Notes: generated by a model from the sequence alone, not told the origin. DNA of 64,000 bases from Paraspadella gotoi (GCA_051294375.1 CM119264.1:28562696-28626695), one strand, 5' to 3'. Shown: positions 24,206-64,000, counted from the first letter of the stretch. Numbers and translations are program-made.

Positions 24206-25281
24206 ATTCATTCTTTCATTCATTCATTCATTCATTCATTCATTCATTCAATTTATTTAATTTCTTTCTATTTATTTTTCTATTTATTTGATTATTTATT
24301 TATTAATATATTGTTTATTTATTTGTCTTCTGCTTTTCTGCTTTATTAGCGACTCAAAAACAAAAACACTCAATCCTTTTTCGCCATCTTCTTTTCTTCT
24401 CTCCATCTTTTCCAACCTCGAGATCGAGGCTCAACGATTCCGTCATAATCAAGGCCCCAAAGTCGGATTCTTCTCCGTATCGCGTCCAAAACATTTCCAC
24501 TTCCGGATGCGACGCCGGCGCCTCGCAGGTCAGCTTGGCGTGGCCGCGGAGCGGCGCCGTCACGTTCTCCGGCTCCGTCACTTTGGTCATTTGGTCGAGA
24601 AAGGCTTCGCGAACGAGAAAGACGCGGAGAAGGCCGTGCCGAGGGAATTTCGGGCGCTGCATTGGTAGTAGCCTGTAGTGATGGGATTAAATGGCTAGTA
24701 ACACTAATCAGTAATCACTAATCAGTAATGTCAAATTAAGGATGTCACGTTTTTTGTTGTTGTTTTTCTTTTTGCCGTTCGTTTGTTTGTTTAATTTTTC
24801 ATTTGTCTGTTCAACTGCCCATGAGTTTTCTGATGATATGGTTATTTGTTATTGTTTGAAATTGGTATGTTTCTATAATTGAATTATTATTTATTAACTT
24901 TGATTTTAACATAAACTTGAGTTTGATTATTGTCGCGGATTCAAACATAAAAAAGTACATGTGCAAGTTCTCAAAGTTTCCAGACACAAACCTTCGTCGC
25001 GCGAACGATGGTCTTTTGATGACGAGCGTTCCGCTGCCCAACGCCAGCGCCACTCGCGGATCCGTCGTCAAAATTCACGTCGACGCCATTTTGGTCCACG
25101 CGTAAACGGGCGCCGGCAATGCCAGGGCTTCGCACGGAAGACGCAGATCCTCGCGTCGATCGAACGTCACTTCCGTTCGAGGAGTTGACGCGTGATAGAG
25201 GGCGGGCGGGAGGTGGGCGTGGCCCACGAGACGGAGACGAAGAAGAGGACGGGCGATGATTAACCGAGTTCTTCCACCCAT
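20470..25281 (-). CDS. Nrg: L1-type cell adhesion molecule (neuroglian/L1CAM family): 6 Ig + 5 FN3 + TM + ankyrin-binding tail
   Basis: Ig domains (LPCEA...YAWTK, LKCLFAGNPTPKVTW, DAGVYEC, FQCNASNVHG), five FN3 repeats, TM WLVVILVVLGVVVIVVALVVFVL, juxtamembrane RGGKYAV and KFNEDGSFIGEY. Four coding exons. The 5' exons carry frameshifts that look like consensus errors. Confidence 0.93.
24075..24290. repeat. Compound microsatellite (TTTA)n-(TTTC)n-(TTCA)n in an L1CAM intron
   Basis: Directly visible tetranucleotide runs. This is also the boundary of the duplicated block. Confidence 0.9.
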
Positions 25282-27477
25282 TCTATTTATTATTTATTTA
25301 AATTATTTATCCAATTGTTTTGTTTTCGTAAGTAAATCAGGCGCCGTCGTTACGATATTAATTCGATCACAGATTCACGAGTCTGAGATCCATATTCAGC
25401 GTTGAATAGGAATTCAATCTCGCGGAAAAAAACAAATGCATGTCGAAGAAGTCGCTTATTTTTATTATTCTTTTATTTTAACGAACTGTTTTGTCTTCAT
25501 GAGAAAAAATAAATATTTTTTTCCCCTTCGGTTCGCCGGCTGTTCGCGACCCGCGAGGACTGAAGTTAACGAGGATGATCTTGTAACCTTCGACTCGGAT
25601 TCTTTCGTCGGAGACTCGCAGTTCGTCTCTTTCGATCGCTTTTCACCTTTCGATCGCTTGAAACCAATCGCTTCTCGTCGCCGGAGAAGAGAGAGGAGAG
25701 AAGAGAGAGAGAGAGGAGAGAGAGAGAGGGGAGGAGAGAGAGAGAGAGAGGAGGAGAGGGCACGAAATGGGGCCTCATAACTATCACACATTTCATGTCC
25801 CAAGACGGAAGGCGATCGGAAAAACTATTATGATAAGAAAATGACAAGCAATTTTTAAAAGGATTAATGCGTTATACTCGACGTGTTATGAACCTAAAAA
25901 GTAACCACCATTGGTCAACCTTGGTTATAATAAAATTAAATAATTTAAACAAAAGAGTATTTATTTCGAACTCGATTTCAACAAGTCATCGGTCGAACGT
26001 CATTCTAGTTTTCAGTTAGTCGTCTTCACAATGTGTAAAAAACATTTACAACGTTCAACCATTAATAACGACGAGACCGACACGACCGCAATTCTCATAT
26101 TTTTCCTTTTTCCTTCTCCTCTTTTTTTTTCCTTTGAATTTGTGCTATGTTGTGAGACGAGACGAATAAACGATGTTCGAACTTCATTCGTTGATCTTGT
26201 CCGCCATCGAGTTCGGGTTTTATTTTCCGAAAGCATCCCATTTCTGTCCTAACTCCATATTTAATTTTAATCGTTTACTTTAATATTTTAACCTTAATAA
26301 TTAACCAAATCCTTTATTAATCCCTTGACCTAATCATTAACGTAACCCTTATAAATAATTCCTAACCCTAATTATAAATTTAAAATTTATTTAATTTTAA
26401 ATTTAAGCTTATTGGGCGCTTTTAAGAAATAGGGCAGACTTCTTAAGTTTATCCAATTTTAAAGTTTTTAAGGTTTGTTCTGTAAACAGCGTCCGCCGTC
26501 GATCTTCAAATGCCGATTGTTGTACGGATTTCTCTGTACCGACGGTATTAGCCGCGATTTTTCTCCGAGCCACTGAATACTTCATGAAAACTCTTTCCGT
26601 CGACTCATAACCCGGAGATCGAAATGTGGGTGAAAAGTCGATTTTCATTCCTGACTTCGAACCACAAATTCCAGATAATCACAGGGTGACCCACCTCATG
26701 TGGAGACAATGATACAGGTTGTCTCACCCCGCTCGATACTACAGGGTGACCCAACTGAATTCGCGACTCGATATTGAAAAGAATGCGTTTGGGGTGGAGG
26801 GACAGGGAGCGAGCCAATGACCCCCTTCGAGAATTCATCGACGCGGATTTTGGTTTCACATGACGCATATATTTTGAGTTGTTGTGGTCGAGTTTCTCCG
26901 AGAAAAGATATTTTTTTTCTGTGATGAACTGAAGGATCGTTCATCAAAGTTGACAGGGCGGAGGTAAACATTAAACACGGCGAGTTACGCAGAGGAAAGT
27001 TTTTGTCCCTAATTGTTAACCTGAGGCCCTAAGCCGATTTGGTCGGTGAGTGAGATGATAGATTTACTCATAATAAAAAAGAGTAATGCTTAGTAATATT
27101 TGTATATTTATATAATACGTCTAATCATTGAAAGATTAGGCAGCGATCATAATTCTGAATGGCTTTTACCACTTTCGTATCTTGTAACTATAAGTACTAC
27201 TAAACTGACTTGCAAAGATTCCAATAATTTTTAAACTACTTATCAAACCAAACCAAGTTGCTTTTTTTTTGCATAGGAAGCTTGATACAATTAAAAAAAA
27301 CGAATAGAATGTGAAAATTTTTATTTTGCTACAGTAAGCTGTAACATATGAAACAAAAATTTACAACTGCGCGGGGAAAAAAGGGGGAAAAAATACGGTT
27401 TTTGTTTGTTTTTTTTTCTCGGCGCAAAATAACCGAACGGTATGCAATGTTTTACAGTTCGAAAGACTAACAGAAAA

Positions 27478-27502
27478 NNNNNNNNNNNNNNNNNNNNNNN
27501 NN
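27478..27502. other. Assembly gap (25 N)
   Basis: Run of N. Confidence 1.
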
Positions 27503-30500
27503 TCATTCATTCATTCATTCATTCATTCATTCAATTTATTTAATTTTCTTTCTTTATTTATTTCTTTATTTATTTGATTTTATGTATTTATTATATATTT
27601 GTTTATTTATTTGTCTTCTGCTTTCTCTGCTTTATTAGCGACTCAAAAACAAAAAGACACTCAATCCTTTTTCGCCATCTTCTTTTATCTTCTCTCCATC
27701 TTTTCCAACCTCGAGATCGAGGCTCAACGATTCCGTCATAATCAAAGCCCCAAAGTCGGATTCTTCTCCGTATCGCGTCCAAAACATTTCCACTTCCGGA
27801 TGCGACGCCGGCGCCTCGCAGGTCAGCTTGGCGTGGCCGCGGAGCGGCGCCGTCACGTTCTCCGGCTCCGTCACTTTGGTCATTTGGTCGAGAAAGGCTT
27901 CGCGAACGAGAAAGACGCGGGAGAAGGCCGTGCCGAGGGAATTTCGGGCGCTGCATTGGTAGTAGCCTGTCAGTGATGGGATTAAATGGCTAAGTAACCA
28001 CTAATCACTAATCACTAATCAGTAATGTCAAATTGAGGATGTCACGTTTTTTGTTGTCGTTTTCTTTTTTGCCGTTCGTTTGTTTGTTTAATTTTTCATT
28101 TGTCTGTTCAACTGCCCATGAGTTTTCGTGCGGTGAATCATGGTTATTTGTTTATTGTTTGAAATGGTATGTTTTCTAAATTGATTATTATTTATTAACT
28201 TTGATTTAACATAAACTTGAGTTTGATTATTGTCGCGGATCAAACATTAAAAAGGTACAGTGCAAGTTCTCAAAGTTTCCAGACACAAACCTTCGTCGCC
28301 GAACGATGGTCTTTTGATGACGAGCGTTCCGCTGCCCAACGCCAGCGCCACTCGCGGATCCTCGTCAAAATTCACGTCGACGCCATTTTTGGTCCACGCG
28401 TAAACGGGCGCCGGCAATGCCAGGGCTTCGCACGGAAGACGCAGATCCTCGCGTCGATCGAACGTCACTTCCGTTCGAGGAAGTTGACGCGTGATAGAGG
28501 GGGGCGGGAGGTGGGCGTGGCCCACGAGACGGAGACGAAGAAGAGAGACGGGCGATGATTAACCGAGTTCTTCCACCCATTCTATTATTATTTATTTAAA
28601 TTATTTATCCAATTGTTTTGTTTTGCGTAAGAAATCGGCGTCTTCCGCGTCGTTACGATATTAATTCGATCACAGATTCACGAGTCTGAGATCCATATTC
28701 AGCGTTGAATAGGAATTCAATCTCGCAGAAAAAAACAAATGCATAGTCGAAGAAGAGTCGCTTATTTTTATTATTCTTTTTATTTTAACGAACTGTTTTG
28801 TCTTCATGAGAAAAAATAAATATTTTTTTCCCCTTCGGTTTCGCCGGCTGTTCGCGACCCGCGAGGGACTGAAGTTAACGAGGGATGATCTTGTAACCTT
28901 CGACTCGGATTCTTTCGTCGGAGACTCGCAGTTCGTCTCTTTCGATCGCTTTTCACCTTTCGATCGCTTGAAACCAATCGCTTCTCGTCGCCGGAGAAGA
29001 GAGAGGAGAGACGAGAGAGAGAGAGGGGAGGGCACGAAATGGGGCCTCATAACTATCACACATTTCATGTCCCAAGACGGAAGGCGATCGGAAAAACTAT
29101 TATGATAAGAAAATGACAAGCAATTTTTAAAAGGATTAATGCGTTATACTCGACGTGTTCTGAACCTAAAAGTAACCACCATTGGTCAACCTTGGTTATA
29201 ATAAATTAAATAATTTAAACAAAAAGAGTATTTATTTCGACTCGATTTCAACAAGTCAGTCGGTCGAACGTCATTCTAGTTTTCGTTAATCGTCTTCACA
29301 ATGTGTAAAAAACTTTTACAACGTTCAACCATTAATAACGACGAGACCGACACGACCGCAATTCTCAATATTTTTCCCTTTTTCCTTCTCTCTTTTTTTT
29401 TTTCCCCGATGAATTTGTGCTATGTTGTGAGACGAGACGAATAAACGATGTTCGAACTTCATTCGTTGATCTTGTCCGCCATCGAGTTCGGGTTTTATTT
29501 TCCGAAAGCATCCCATTTCTGTTCCTAACTCCATATTTAATTTTAATCGTTTACTTTAATATTTAACCTTAATAATTAACCAAATCCTTTATTTAATCCC
29601 TTGACCTAATCATTAACGTAACCCTTATAAATAATTCCTAACCCTAATTATAAATTTAAAATTTATTTAATTTTAAATTTAAGCTTATTGGGGCGCTTTT
29701 AAGAAATAGGGCAGACTTCTTAAGTTATCCAATTTAAAGATAAAAGTTTTAAGGTTTGTTCTGTAAACAGCGTCCGCCGTCGATCTTCAAATGCCGATTG
29801 TTTGTACGGATTTCTCTGTACCGACGGTATTAGCCGCGATTTTTCTCCGAGCCACTGAATACTTCATGAAAACTCTTTCCGTCGACCTCATAACCCGGAG
29901 ATCGAAATGTGGGTGAAAAGTCGATTTTCATTCTCGACTTCGAACCCACAAATTCCAGATAATCACAGGGTGACCCACCTCATGTGGAGACAATGATACA
30001 GGTTGTCTCACCCCGCTCGATACTACAGGGTGACCCAACTGAATTCGCGACTCGATATTGAAAAGAATGCGTTTGGGGTGGAGGGACAGGGAGCGAGCCA
30101 ATGACCCCCTTCGAGAAACTCATCGACGCGGATTTTGGTTTCACATGACGCATATATTTTGAGTTGTTGTGGTCGAGTTTCTCCGAGAAAAGATATTTTT
30201 TTCTGTGATGAAACTGAAAGGATCGTTCATCAAAGTTGACAGGCGGAGGTAAACATTAAACACGGCGAGTTACGCAGAGGAAAGTTTTTGTCCCTAATTG
30301 TTAACCTGAGGCCCTAAGCCGATTTGGTCGGTGAGTGAAGATGAAAGATTTACTCATAATAAAAAGAGTAATGCTTAGTAATATTTGTATATTTATATAA
30401 TACGTCTAATCATTGAAAGATTAGGCAGCGATCATAATTCTGAATGGCTTTACCACTTTCGTATCTTGTAACTATAAGTACTACTAAACTGACTTGGCAA

Positions 30501-30758
30501 AGATTCCAATATTTTTAACTACTTATCAAACTAAAACCAAGCTTGCTTTTTTTTGCATAGAAGCTTGATACAATTAAAAAACGAATAGAATGGTGAAAAT
30601 TTTTAATTTTGCTACAGTAAGCTGGTAACATATGAACAAAAATTTACAACTGCGCGGGAAAAAAGGGGGAAAAAATACGGTTTTTGTTTGTTTTTTTTTC
30701 TCGGCGCAAAATAACCGAACGGTATGCAATGTTTACAGTTCGAAAGACTAACAGAAAA
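27503..30758 (+). repeat. ~3.3-kb direct duplicate of ~24220-27477 (L1CAM 5' exons and upstream region); probable assembly artefact
   Basis: Colinear, near-identical copy that starts right after the N gap. Differences are mostly 1-2 nt indels, and each copy frameshifts the Ig1/Ig2 exons at different places. Confidence 0.9.
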
Positions 30759-31816
30759 AAAAAATTAAAACCCGAAACTATATTAAAAAAAAAAAGCAGC
30801 ACAAAATACATCGTTAAGATTCGCCCGACGGTTGACAAAAAAAAGAAATATAGCAAGTTATCACTTTTTTTTTTCGCGAAAGATATTGGATTTGGAAACT
30901 GTATTAACGATATACTGGAAAGATTATATTAAATAACGTATCTAAAAAGCGTAATGAGAAAATAAAAGGTAAACAACGACATCAGTTTAAATTAACGATG
31001 ACTACAGAAATAGTATTGGTTTCTTAGTTAAAGGTGTTGCTTATCGCCTAGAGGTAGACACTTGACTACAATCGAATTCAACGCGTTCCTCTATTCGTCA
31101 TTTGCCGAAGACGCGATTTTTTGAGAAGGGCGCTGGGGGCAGGGAGAGGGCGCTGGGGGCAGGGAAAGGGGGCGGGGGAGCCGAAATAAACGTTGTGCCT
31201 CTTAAGAAAATAAACAAGCGTTTCAATTATTAGCTGGTCGCGCAATAAGCCAGAAGAAGGAGGAGAAAAAATAGAGAAAAACCACGGAGAAGCCAAATAA
31301 CGCTCTACCCCCCAATGTCCCCCTGCAAGACGGAAGCTTTAATCCAGACCAAATCACTCTCAGTCCAAAAAACCGAAAAATCACAAAAAAGGAGGGAAAA
31401 AGAATTAATTCAGCAACAAAAGCGAAAAAAAAAGATCCAGTTCATTTTTCCCTTAAAGACGAGACGAAAAAATACAAGTAAATGGTGTATCCCTCCTACA
31501 CTCGGTTAAAAATAAAAACATCTACCGTAATAACTCGTCGATAAAAGCTTACGCGAACGTAGGCGATTTTCGTTTGTTTAAGTTAAAAAACGATTTCATG
31601 CGGGATTTTGTTAATTTTAGTTTTTTTTTCTCAACGCAAGAAAAAAAAACGGAACCACAAAACAATTTAAATCTAATACTATGGTATAATAACTGTCGAA
31701 AGTGGGGTGAGGGGGGGCGAACGATTTGGAGAGGGAGGCGATGGGTGTGGACTTGCCAATCCGTGACCAGCGGAGATTCCGCCGTCTATCGGCTTCGAAC
31801 GTCATCCGTTCATCTC

Positions 31817-57855
<26,039 letters not shown>

Positions 57856-58917
57856 ATCTCGGACAGCATCGGAACGCGTCGACGTGAAGACTGGCTCCGT
57901 GATCAATCCATTGTGAAAAACGTGACGGGGTCGGCGAGCTCATTTCCAACTTAACAGTCGCACAGCGCTGCCATGTTGGTTCTTCCCAAATTGTTGCTCG
58001 TAATAAGAATTAAAGCCGCCCGATTATCTTTTTCGCTTGGGAAATGCGATAGAAGGGAGTCAATGTATTTTTATTTTCATAAATGAAAACTCACTCCATC
58101 GTTAATCGCGTGAAACTAAATACTTTGAACTAAAAAAAAAGGTTGCAAGGAAAATTGATTAATCATCGGTCGGTCGGTCGGGCGGGTGGATGGAAGCTAA
58201 GCGGCCAAAAGCCAAAGGGGGTTCGGTTCGGTCGCTCGGCGAAGGCGGAGATGAGAAAACAAAAGATCTCTACTTCACTTTAACATGGGCCAGAGAATAC
58301 CAAGTTTTATTCTATTTTAACTAATCAAAAACTAAAAAAAAAGATTGCTCAATCTTAATTAAAATTGGAAAACAGTTAAAAGTCTGTTCGGTTTATAAAT
58401 GTTATAAACGTTTAAAACGCAAGCTCGTCAATATTGGTAGATTGTTATCTGTCTACGAACAAAAATTACAAGCGATCGGAACTGAAATTTTTCAGATCTA
58501 TTTCAAATATACAAATGATACAAAATCGGAAATATATTACAAAAACAAAACTCCCGATAGGAAAATTTTGATCTCTCCTGGCAATGGCGGTAATAGGCAC
58601 GTTAAATTTTAGGGGTCACTGAACATTATCACAGGTAAAGGTCTTTGAAGCCATTAAGACAATAACTAATGCCAAAAAATGATAACTTTTGAAACTTTGA
58701 TGATAACAAGCATTACATAAATTTTAAAAGAAAAAAAAAAGGCTCGAATGTTTATAAAAAAATATTCGATCAAATGAGTAAATTTAAATGTTTTAAAAAA
58801 ATATGCACCCCAAATTTAAGTGCAAGATAAACTTTACCCGCTGAGTACATATTTGAACAAAATATGTAGTATTTTGGAAAGACACTTGGCTAATTTTTCT
58901 TAGAAACGAGTCGTAAC

Positions 58918-61900
58918 TTATTTTAAGACGGTTCTATCTAATTCGTTTAATGGGACACGTCTGCCTCTTCCCCTACCAGAATATCTCAAGCCCTGATTAA
59001 CTGCTGCCGTCATCGGAGCGGAGAAATCGGGCGACATTCTGACAACACTTTCCCCACGCTGGTTGACTGAGCCGTTATATCTCATTTGCTGAGAGCGATC
59101 AATATTTTCTCTTAGTAACATTGTTTCAAACGCTTGAGCCTTCATCTTCTTTTGTTGCGCTTCTTCCACCACGTAAGCCAGCGTCGCAGCGGGATATTGT
59201 GGGGGATATTGTCCGGTCGGATTGATTGATGTCACATGCCCGTACTGAGGCATCGCAGTATTGAAAGATTCAGGAAATACTGATGGATTACTCTTGACTT
59301 GCGGCGGGCAATAATAACGGGAAGGGCCGCAGATGTTTTGATGTAGTTGTTGCTGCAGATGTTGTTTCGTCTGAGAAAGAGTTTTCTCTATTTCATCAAT
59401 TTGCTGCATTTGTTTCGTGATGGACACGAGGTCTGCCGAGGGACTGGGAGTAGGGGACACGGGGCCATTATCGACTAGAGGTCGAGCGTAACTGTTTACG
59501 GGAATACTGTTGTCGAAGAGCTTCATCACCGAGTTGAACATCCCGTATTGATCGTCCAAAGAAGCCTGCTGTTCCCTCGCGTTATTTCCAGAGCGTAATT
59601 GCGAATTGGCGTATGCGTAGGGAGAGATACCCACGTTTTGAAAAGAATCAACACAATTCTGCTCCGGTAGCATATGAAGGGGAACCACGTTATTGGGCAA
59701 TGTAGGCTGGTGTACGGTCGAAGGGATCCAGCCGTTGGTGACTTGAGCGGCGTTGTAACGCGGTTGAATATTCAGGGAATGTTGAGGATAATGAAATTGA
59801 CCCGCTTCGTCTCGTTTTTCAAAATTCTCATACTGTGGTTGGCTCGGTGACTCTGATATCGGGATGGTATTCACTTGTGGTGGAAAATTTCTCGAGTCAC
59901 GATTCTGATTGGCGACCGAATGCTCGGCGGCCGGTGGCGAGGTTTCGACGACCGACTGTTGAGTCGGCGGCGACGCTTCGATGATTGATGGGTGAGAAGG
60001 CGACGCGACATCGATGACCGACTGGTTGGGAGTCGGAATCGAGGATTCGACGACCAACTCCTGTGGCGTCGTCGGCTTGATTTTCGGCGTAATGATGGAG
60101 CCAATTTTGCTTCTCTTTAACGCTTTCGTGGAAGGCACGTCCTTGCCCCATATTTCTAGTTCCTTTGTTTTCAGCTTAAGCAAGATTTCTTCCCTCTTGG
60201 TCTCCATAACCGCCTCGTTCCTCTCGGCTTCCTCGTCGGCAATTGTGTGAATTTTTGTGAAATTATCACTGCTCAACTCCCATGCGCGTGAAGCCCCTTC
60301 GTTTTTTTTGTTATTCTCGACTAATTTTACGTCGGAAGGCGGCGCCCGATCGATCAAAGGTTCTTCTTTAACCTTAGAATTCATTTCTCGAGATGGGTGC
60401 GAGGCCGGAACGGATTTCAGCGCGGAGAGGGGCCCGTTCGCGGAGGGCTGGCCGTTCGCGGAGGGCTGGCCGTTCGCGGAAAACGTGTATTCTCTCGAGG
60501 GTATCGGGCCGGTTCCGCGCGGGACGGACTCCGAGGACTTGAACGACGAAGGGGATTCGCTTCTCAATCGATCGAACTCTTGGATCTTCTCGATCTCTTT
60601 GGCAATGTCCTTTAAATCAATGTCCTCTTCCTTTGTCGGCTCGATCGACTCGGCGTCCCCAACGTCGGGCACGATTTCAAACTCTCCCTTTTCGTTAAGT
60701 TTGAGTCGCAAACTCGTTTCGTCTTCGGGAGAAACTCTCCTGCTCTTCTTAGAGACTTCCTCGGCTCTAAACTTTGACGTCCAAGCTTTCTTGGGCTCCG
60801 AATCGCCGCAATGCGCCTTGCGCACCTTCGGACGGGCTCCTTTCGATTCGTGAGCATCGACGGGGAAGCGCGATTTGGGGGACGGATTGAGCGGAAGGCG
60901 ATTAAGCGAATTCTGCGTTTCCTGTTCCACGATTGACGACTCCGCGCCCGTGCGCATCGATTCCAGAAGAACTTGTTGTAGAATTCGGTCATCCTCGTCG
61001 TCAGCCGTACCTAAGGATTCGAGATCATTAAATAAAGGGCGTCGTGCGAAAGATGCAAACAAGCAAGTTTTTTTTTTTCCGACTGACTTGCAACAACTGG
61101 AAAAGTGTTGACCTTCGGTTCTATAAGCGATTCGCAATCCCAACATTCGTGGGTGGGTTCGGAGAATTGATGTTCTGGGCATCGAAGAGGATTGACGGTG
61201 GAAGCCCCGACCTACAAAGTAAATAGTACGTTGCACAAAACACATAAAAAGATCTTTGAAATCCGAAAGATGACAGCTCCGACCTAAAAAAAAAAAAAAA
61301 AAATTAAAATACCCGATTCAAATCTTCGGCCCATTCGTTGACGGCGGATTCCATCGGCTCCGCATCAAGACTCCAACTCCTCTTAGATATCGCTCGATCC
61401 CAAGACCCATTCTCGTCGCCCTTCGCCTTGTCCTGCGACCACGCCCACGTTCCGTCGTCGAGCTCGACCACGTCTTGATCTAATCCCCACCCGTCGTCGG
61501 GATTTTCGTCGGTCACGTTGTTGTCGGCCCATTTACCGACGTCGACGACCTCTGAATCGGCACCGGAGACTCCGTCAGTCAACAATTGACTCAACTTGAT
61601 CGCCTCCTTCAATTCTTCCTCGTCCCAGTCTTTTCCGGCTTCGTCGGGTTGAGCGCTTCGTTGACTCATCTCCAGCGCCTTCTTCAGCATTTCCTCCTCT
61701 TCCTCTCGCGTCTTCGGCGCCAAGGAGTCCAGATCCGGCGATGTCCGTTCCATCGCCGGCGCGGTCGTCATAGTCATCGCCGGCGTCGTCGTCGTCGGGA
61801 TCTTCCTCTGACGCGAGAACCAAACGTTTTGCGGGTCGGGAGGCGACGACTTTTCGGCCTTGTCGTCGACGCCGCTGGAAACGGCCTCTTGGCCAGGGAG

Positions 61901-63265
61901 CTTGGGAAAACCTTGAGCGGAAGGCGCGGCGTGATTGTGGTTAAAATCAGTTTTGGAATACTTTTCATTCGTTGAGCTATCGCGGAGGTCGGCGGCGAGC
62001 GGGGAAGGCAGCGGGTTGCGTTCGTCCATCTCGTTTTTGATTTTGTCACTGGAAGATTGTTTATCTTCGGGGTGTGTGTGTGTGTGTGTTTTTTCGGTGT
62101 CACCAACGGAAATTGCCGATTTTGCCGATCGTTCTTTTTTCTCCCGAAGAAATCTATTCCTCGCTTCCGCCCTCTCAGCGTCCAACTCTTCCTTCTTTTT
62201 CGCCTCCACTGCCTCTAGTTGACGTCTTCGTTCCAGGTCGGTTTGATTCTGCGGCCGTTTCGGCGGCTGTTGTTTGACGAGTTCGCGAAACTGACGAAGA
62301 TGTTTTTTAAGGAACTCGGAATCTCGATCCGTCCGTTCGGGCGACGGTTCGGTGGCGTTCGACTCCGGTCGACCCGTTAAGTTTTCGATGTCCCTAAAAT
62401 CTAAAACCTTTCGGGTTTCCGTCGGTTCGATTTCATCGCGATCGTTTCCTCTCTCAGTCGGACTCTTGTTCCGATTTCGGTGACTTTTGTCGTTGATCCT
62501 TTTGTCTTTTTCGGCGAAATTCGTCGAGTCGTTTTCCGTAGCCTCGTTTTCGATTTCGTTATCTTTTGTCACCGATTCGTTTTCGGTGGAAGCATTGTTG
62601 GGCGACGACCCCGGTTGGTAATGACCTTTTCCTCGCTGGCCCCGAGTTTTTTGATGAGCGCGCGATTTAAAACTCTTTCTCGAGTCGTAATCCCGATTAT
62701 TGGAGTAAGTCGGGTGATTTTGATGCGGAGGATAAGGTGGGTAAGAGGGATCGGGTGGGTAGGGAGGATAAGGATGATGAGGCCGTTGAGAATACTGATG
62801 ATTCGGATACAAAGGGTATGAATGATGCGCTGATTGCGTGCTTTTCTGAAAGTATCTCGTTTGCTGATAGACTCTTTGGCCCCTTCGGTCGTCGTTGTGC
62901 CTCAACCGGCCGCGGAACGTCCCACGGCCTCGCCAATTCACCGCTGCATCACGCAGGGGATCGCCAGTTGGTCCTCTTCCCGAAAAGCGTCGGTTATCGT
63001 TTCGACTCGAGTTGTTTTCGCCACGCGAAGATGTCGCGATCTCCGGCTCGGGAGATAGAGAGGGATTCAGCGGATCGTCAGTCTTTGGCGCTGACGCATC
63101 CTCGGGCGTGGCGTCGCCTTTTTCGCGATCGAAGCGAACCTGGCGGCGAAAGCGCCCCGAGTTTTGGGAAGGAGCGTCTCGAGAAAACCTGGCCTCGCGA
63201 CGGAAGGGACGATTTCGTCTCGCGTTTCTCGCCGCGCTCTCTTCTCCGCGTTCAACCACTTCCAT
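58918..63265 (-). CDS. Unassigned ~1389-aa intrinsically disordered protein with RG-rich ends, three UIM-like helices and a small Cys/His cluster
   Basis: Exons 63265-61313, 61211-61088 and 61010-58918 are GT-AG and total 4170 nt in frame. UIM-like motifs EEEEMLKKALEMSQR, DEEELKEAIKLSQL and DEDDRILQQVLLESM. Also CPEH-x6-HECWDC, WRGRGTFRGR and C-terminal SGRGRGRR. An upstream exon is possible. Confidence 0.8.
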
Positions 63266-64000
63266 TAAACATGGAGATAATGAGTTCCCGCGATTTTTGA
63301 TTAGGTTTTTTCTACCGAAGGTTTTAAGTTTAATGACAAACGTGCACTGAAAACCAGAATCGATGGGAGGGGGGAGGGAGATGGGGTTACAAACTCATAG
63401 GTACAAACTAGGAAATCAATGCTAATCCAGCTGTCAACCTGCGGGTAATTTCGGCGAATGTTTTTTTTCAAAAAACTGACCGGGAAACCTCAACGATTGG
63501 AGGGAGTCGGGAGGGAGGGAGGGAGTATACGTGAAATATTCCCGCACAAACAACACGAATTACTTCCCCGTGTCCGTTCGCGAGTGACACCAACAAAATG
63601 CATAGCATTTCTTATTGGATAATTATTTTTACAATTTTCTTTTTTCATTCGATAACAAAGTACTGGACGTTTATTATATTTAATTTTATAAGATTAATTT
63701 GATATTTACTTATGTAAAACGAACCTTCTTTAATAGTCATCCAATTTCATTTTCAGGAAAAAACTGAAACTGAAACTAATTGGACGAATTGTATAAAAAA
63801 AAACTTAAGATTTACAATTACATGGTGACAATTTTACAAGCGCCGGTAAAAAACGCTGTCATTTGCAAACCACTGGTTATTTCATAAATTTTAAAAATTA
63901 ATTGAGTAGAAAATATTAAAGTCATTTATGTGTTCAAATTTTATATTGATCAGTTAAGATATGCCTTGACAATGAGTGGAGAAAGTTGGCTGGTAAAATC

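Noticed and set aside
24354-25281. Frameshifted L1CAM 5' exons as a pseudogene or programmed frameshift
   Set aside because: Indels differ between the two gap-flanking copies and complement each other, and the rest of the gene is intact. Consensus error is more likely.
26680-26760. Repeated CAGGGTGACCCA / TACAGGGTG resembling a Tc1/mariner-type MITE end
   Set aside because: No matching inverted terminus or TSD could be located, so it cannot be delimited.
61212-61312. Second acceptor-like site (poly-T AG|GTCGGAGCT) resembling the true acceptor AG|GTCGGGGCT
   Set aside because: It would give a ~30-nt intron and an in-frame stop, so it is unlikely to be functional.

Overview
Eukaryotic (invertebrate metazoan) genomic DNA with GC/CpG-rich exons and short AT-rich introns. 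No prokaryotic, rRNA, tRNA or CRISPR features were seen. Four main genes are present: the 3' half of RME-8/DNAJC13 (+, 3888-18766), an L1CAM/neuroglian (-, 20470-25281), Sbf/MTMR5-13 (-, 31817-57855) and an unassigned ~1390-aa disordered protein with 3 UIM-like motifs (-, 58918-63265). The most striking property is gene nesting. RME-8 introns hold three antisense genes: a long coiled-coil gene and two unassigned proteins sharing a PEF-x-x-x-x-L-K/R-R/K motif. Sbf introns hold a complete 7-exon divergent PP1 catalytic subunit on the SAME strand, an antisense CFAP68/C11orf1 gene (upstream RFX X-box, GC-AG intron, absent from the ORF track) and a possible GPCR fragment. Several intronic tandem repeats contain the 5' splice site itself. 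A ~3.3-kb duplication flanking a 25-N gap is most likely an assembly artefact. All exon models were spliced by hand, and family calls rest on recalled motifs, not database searches.
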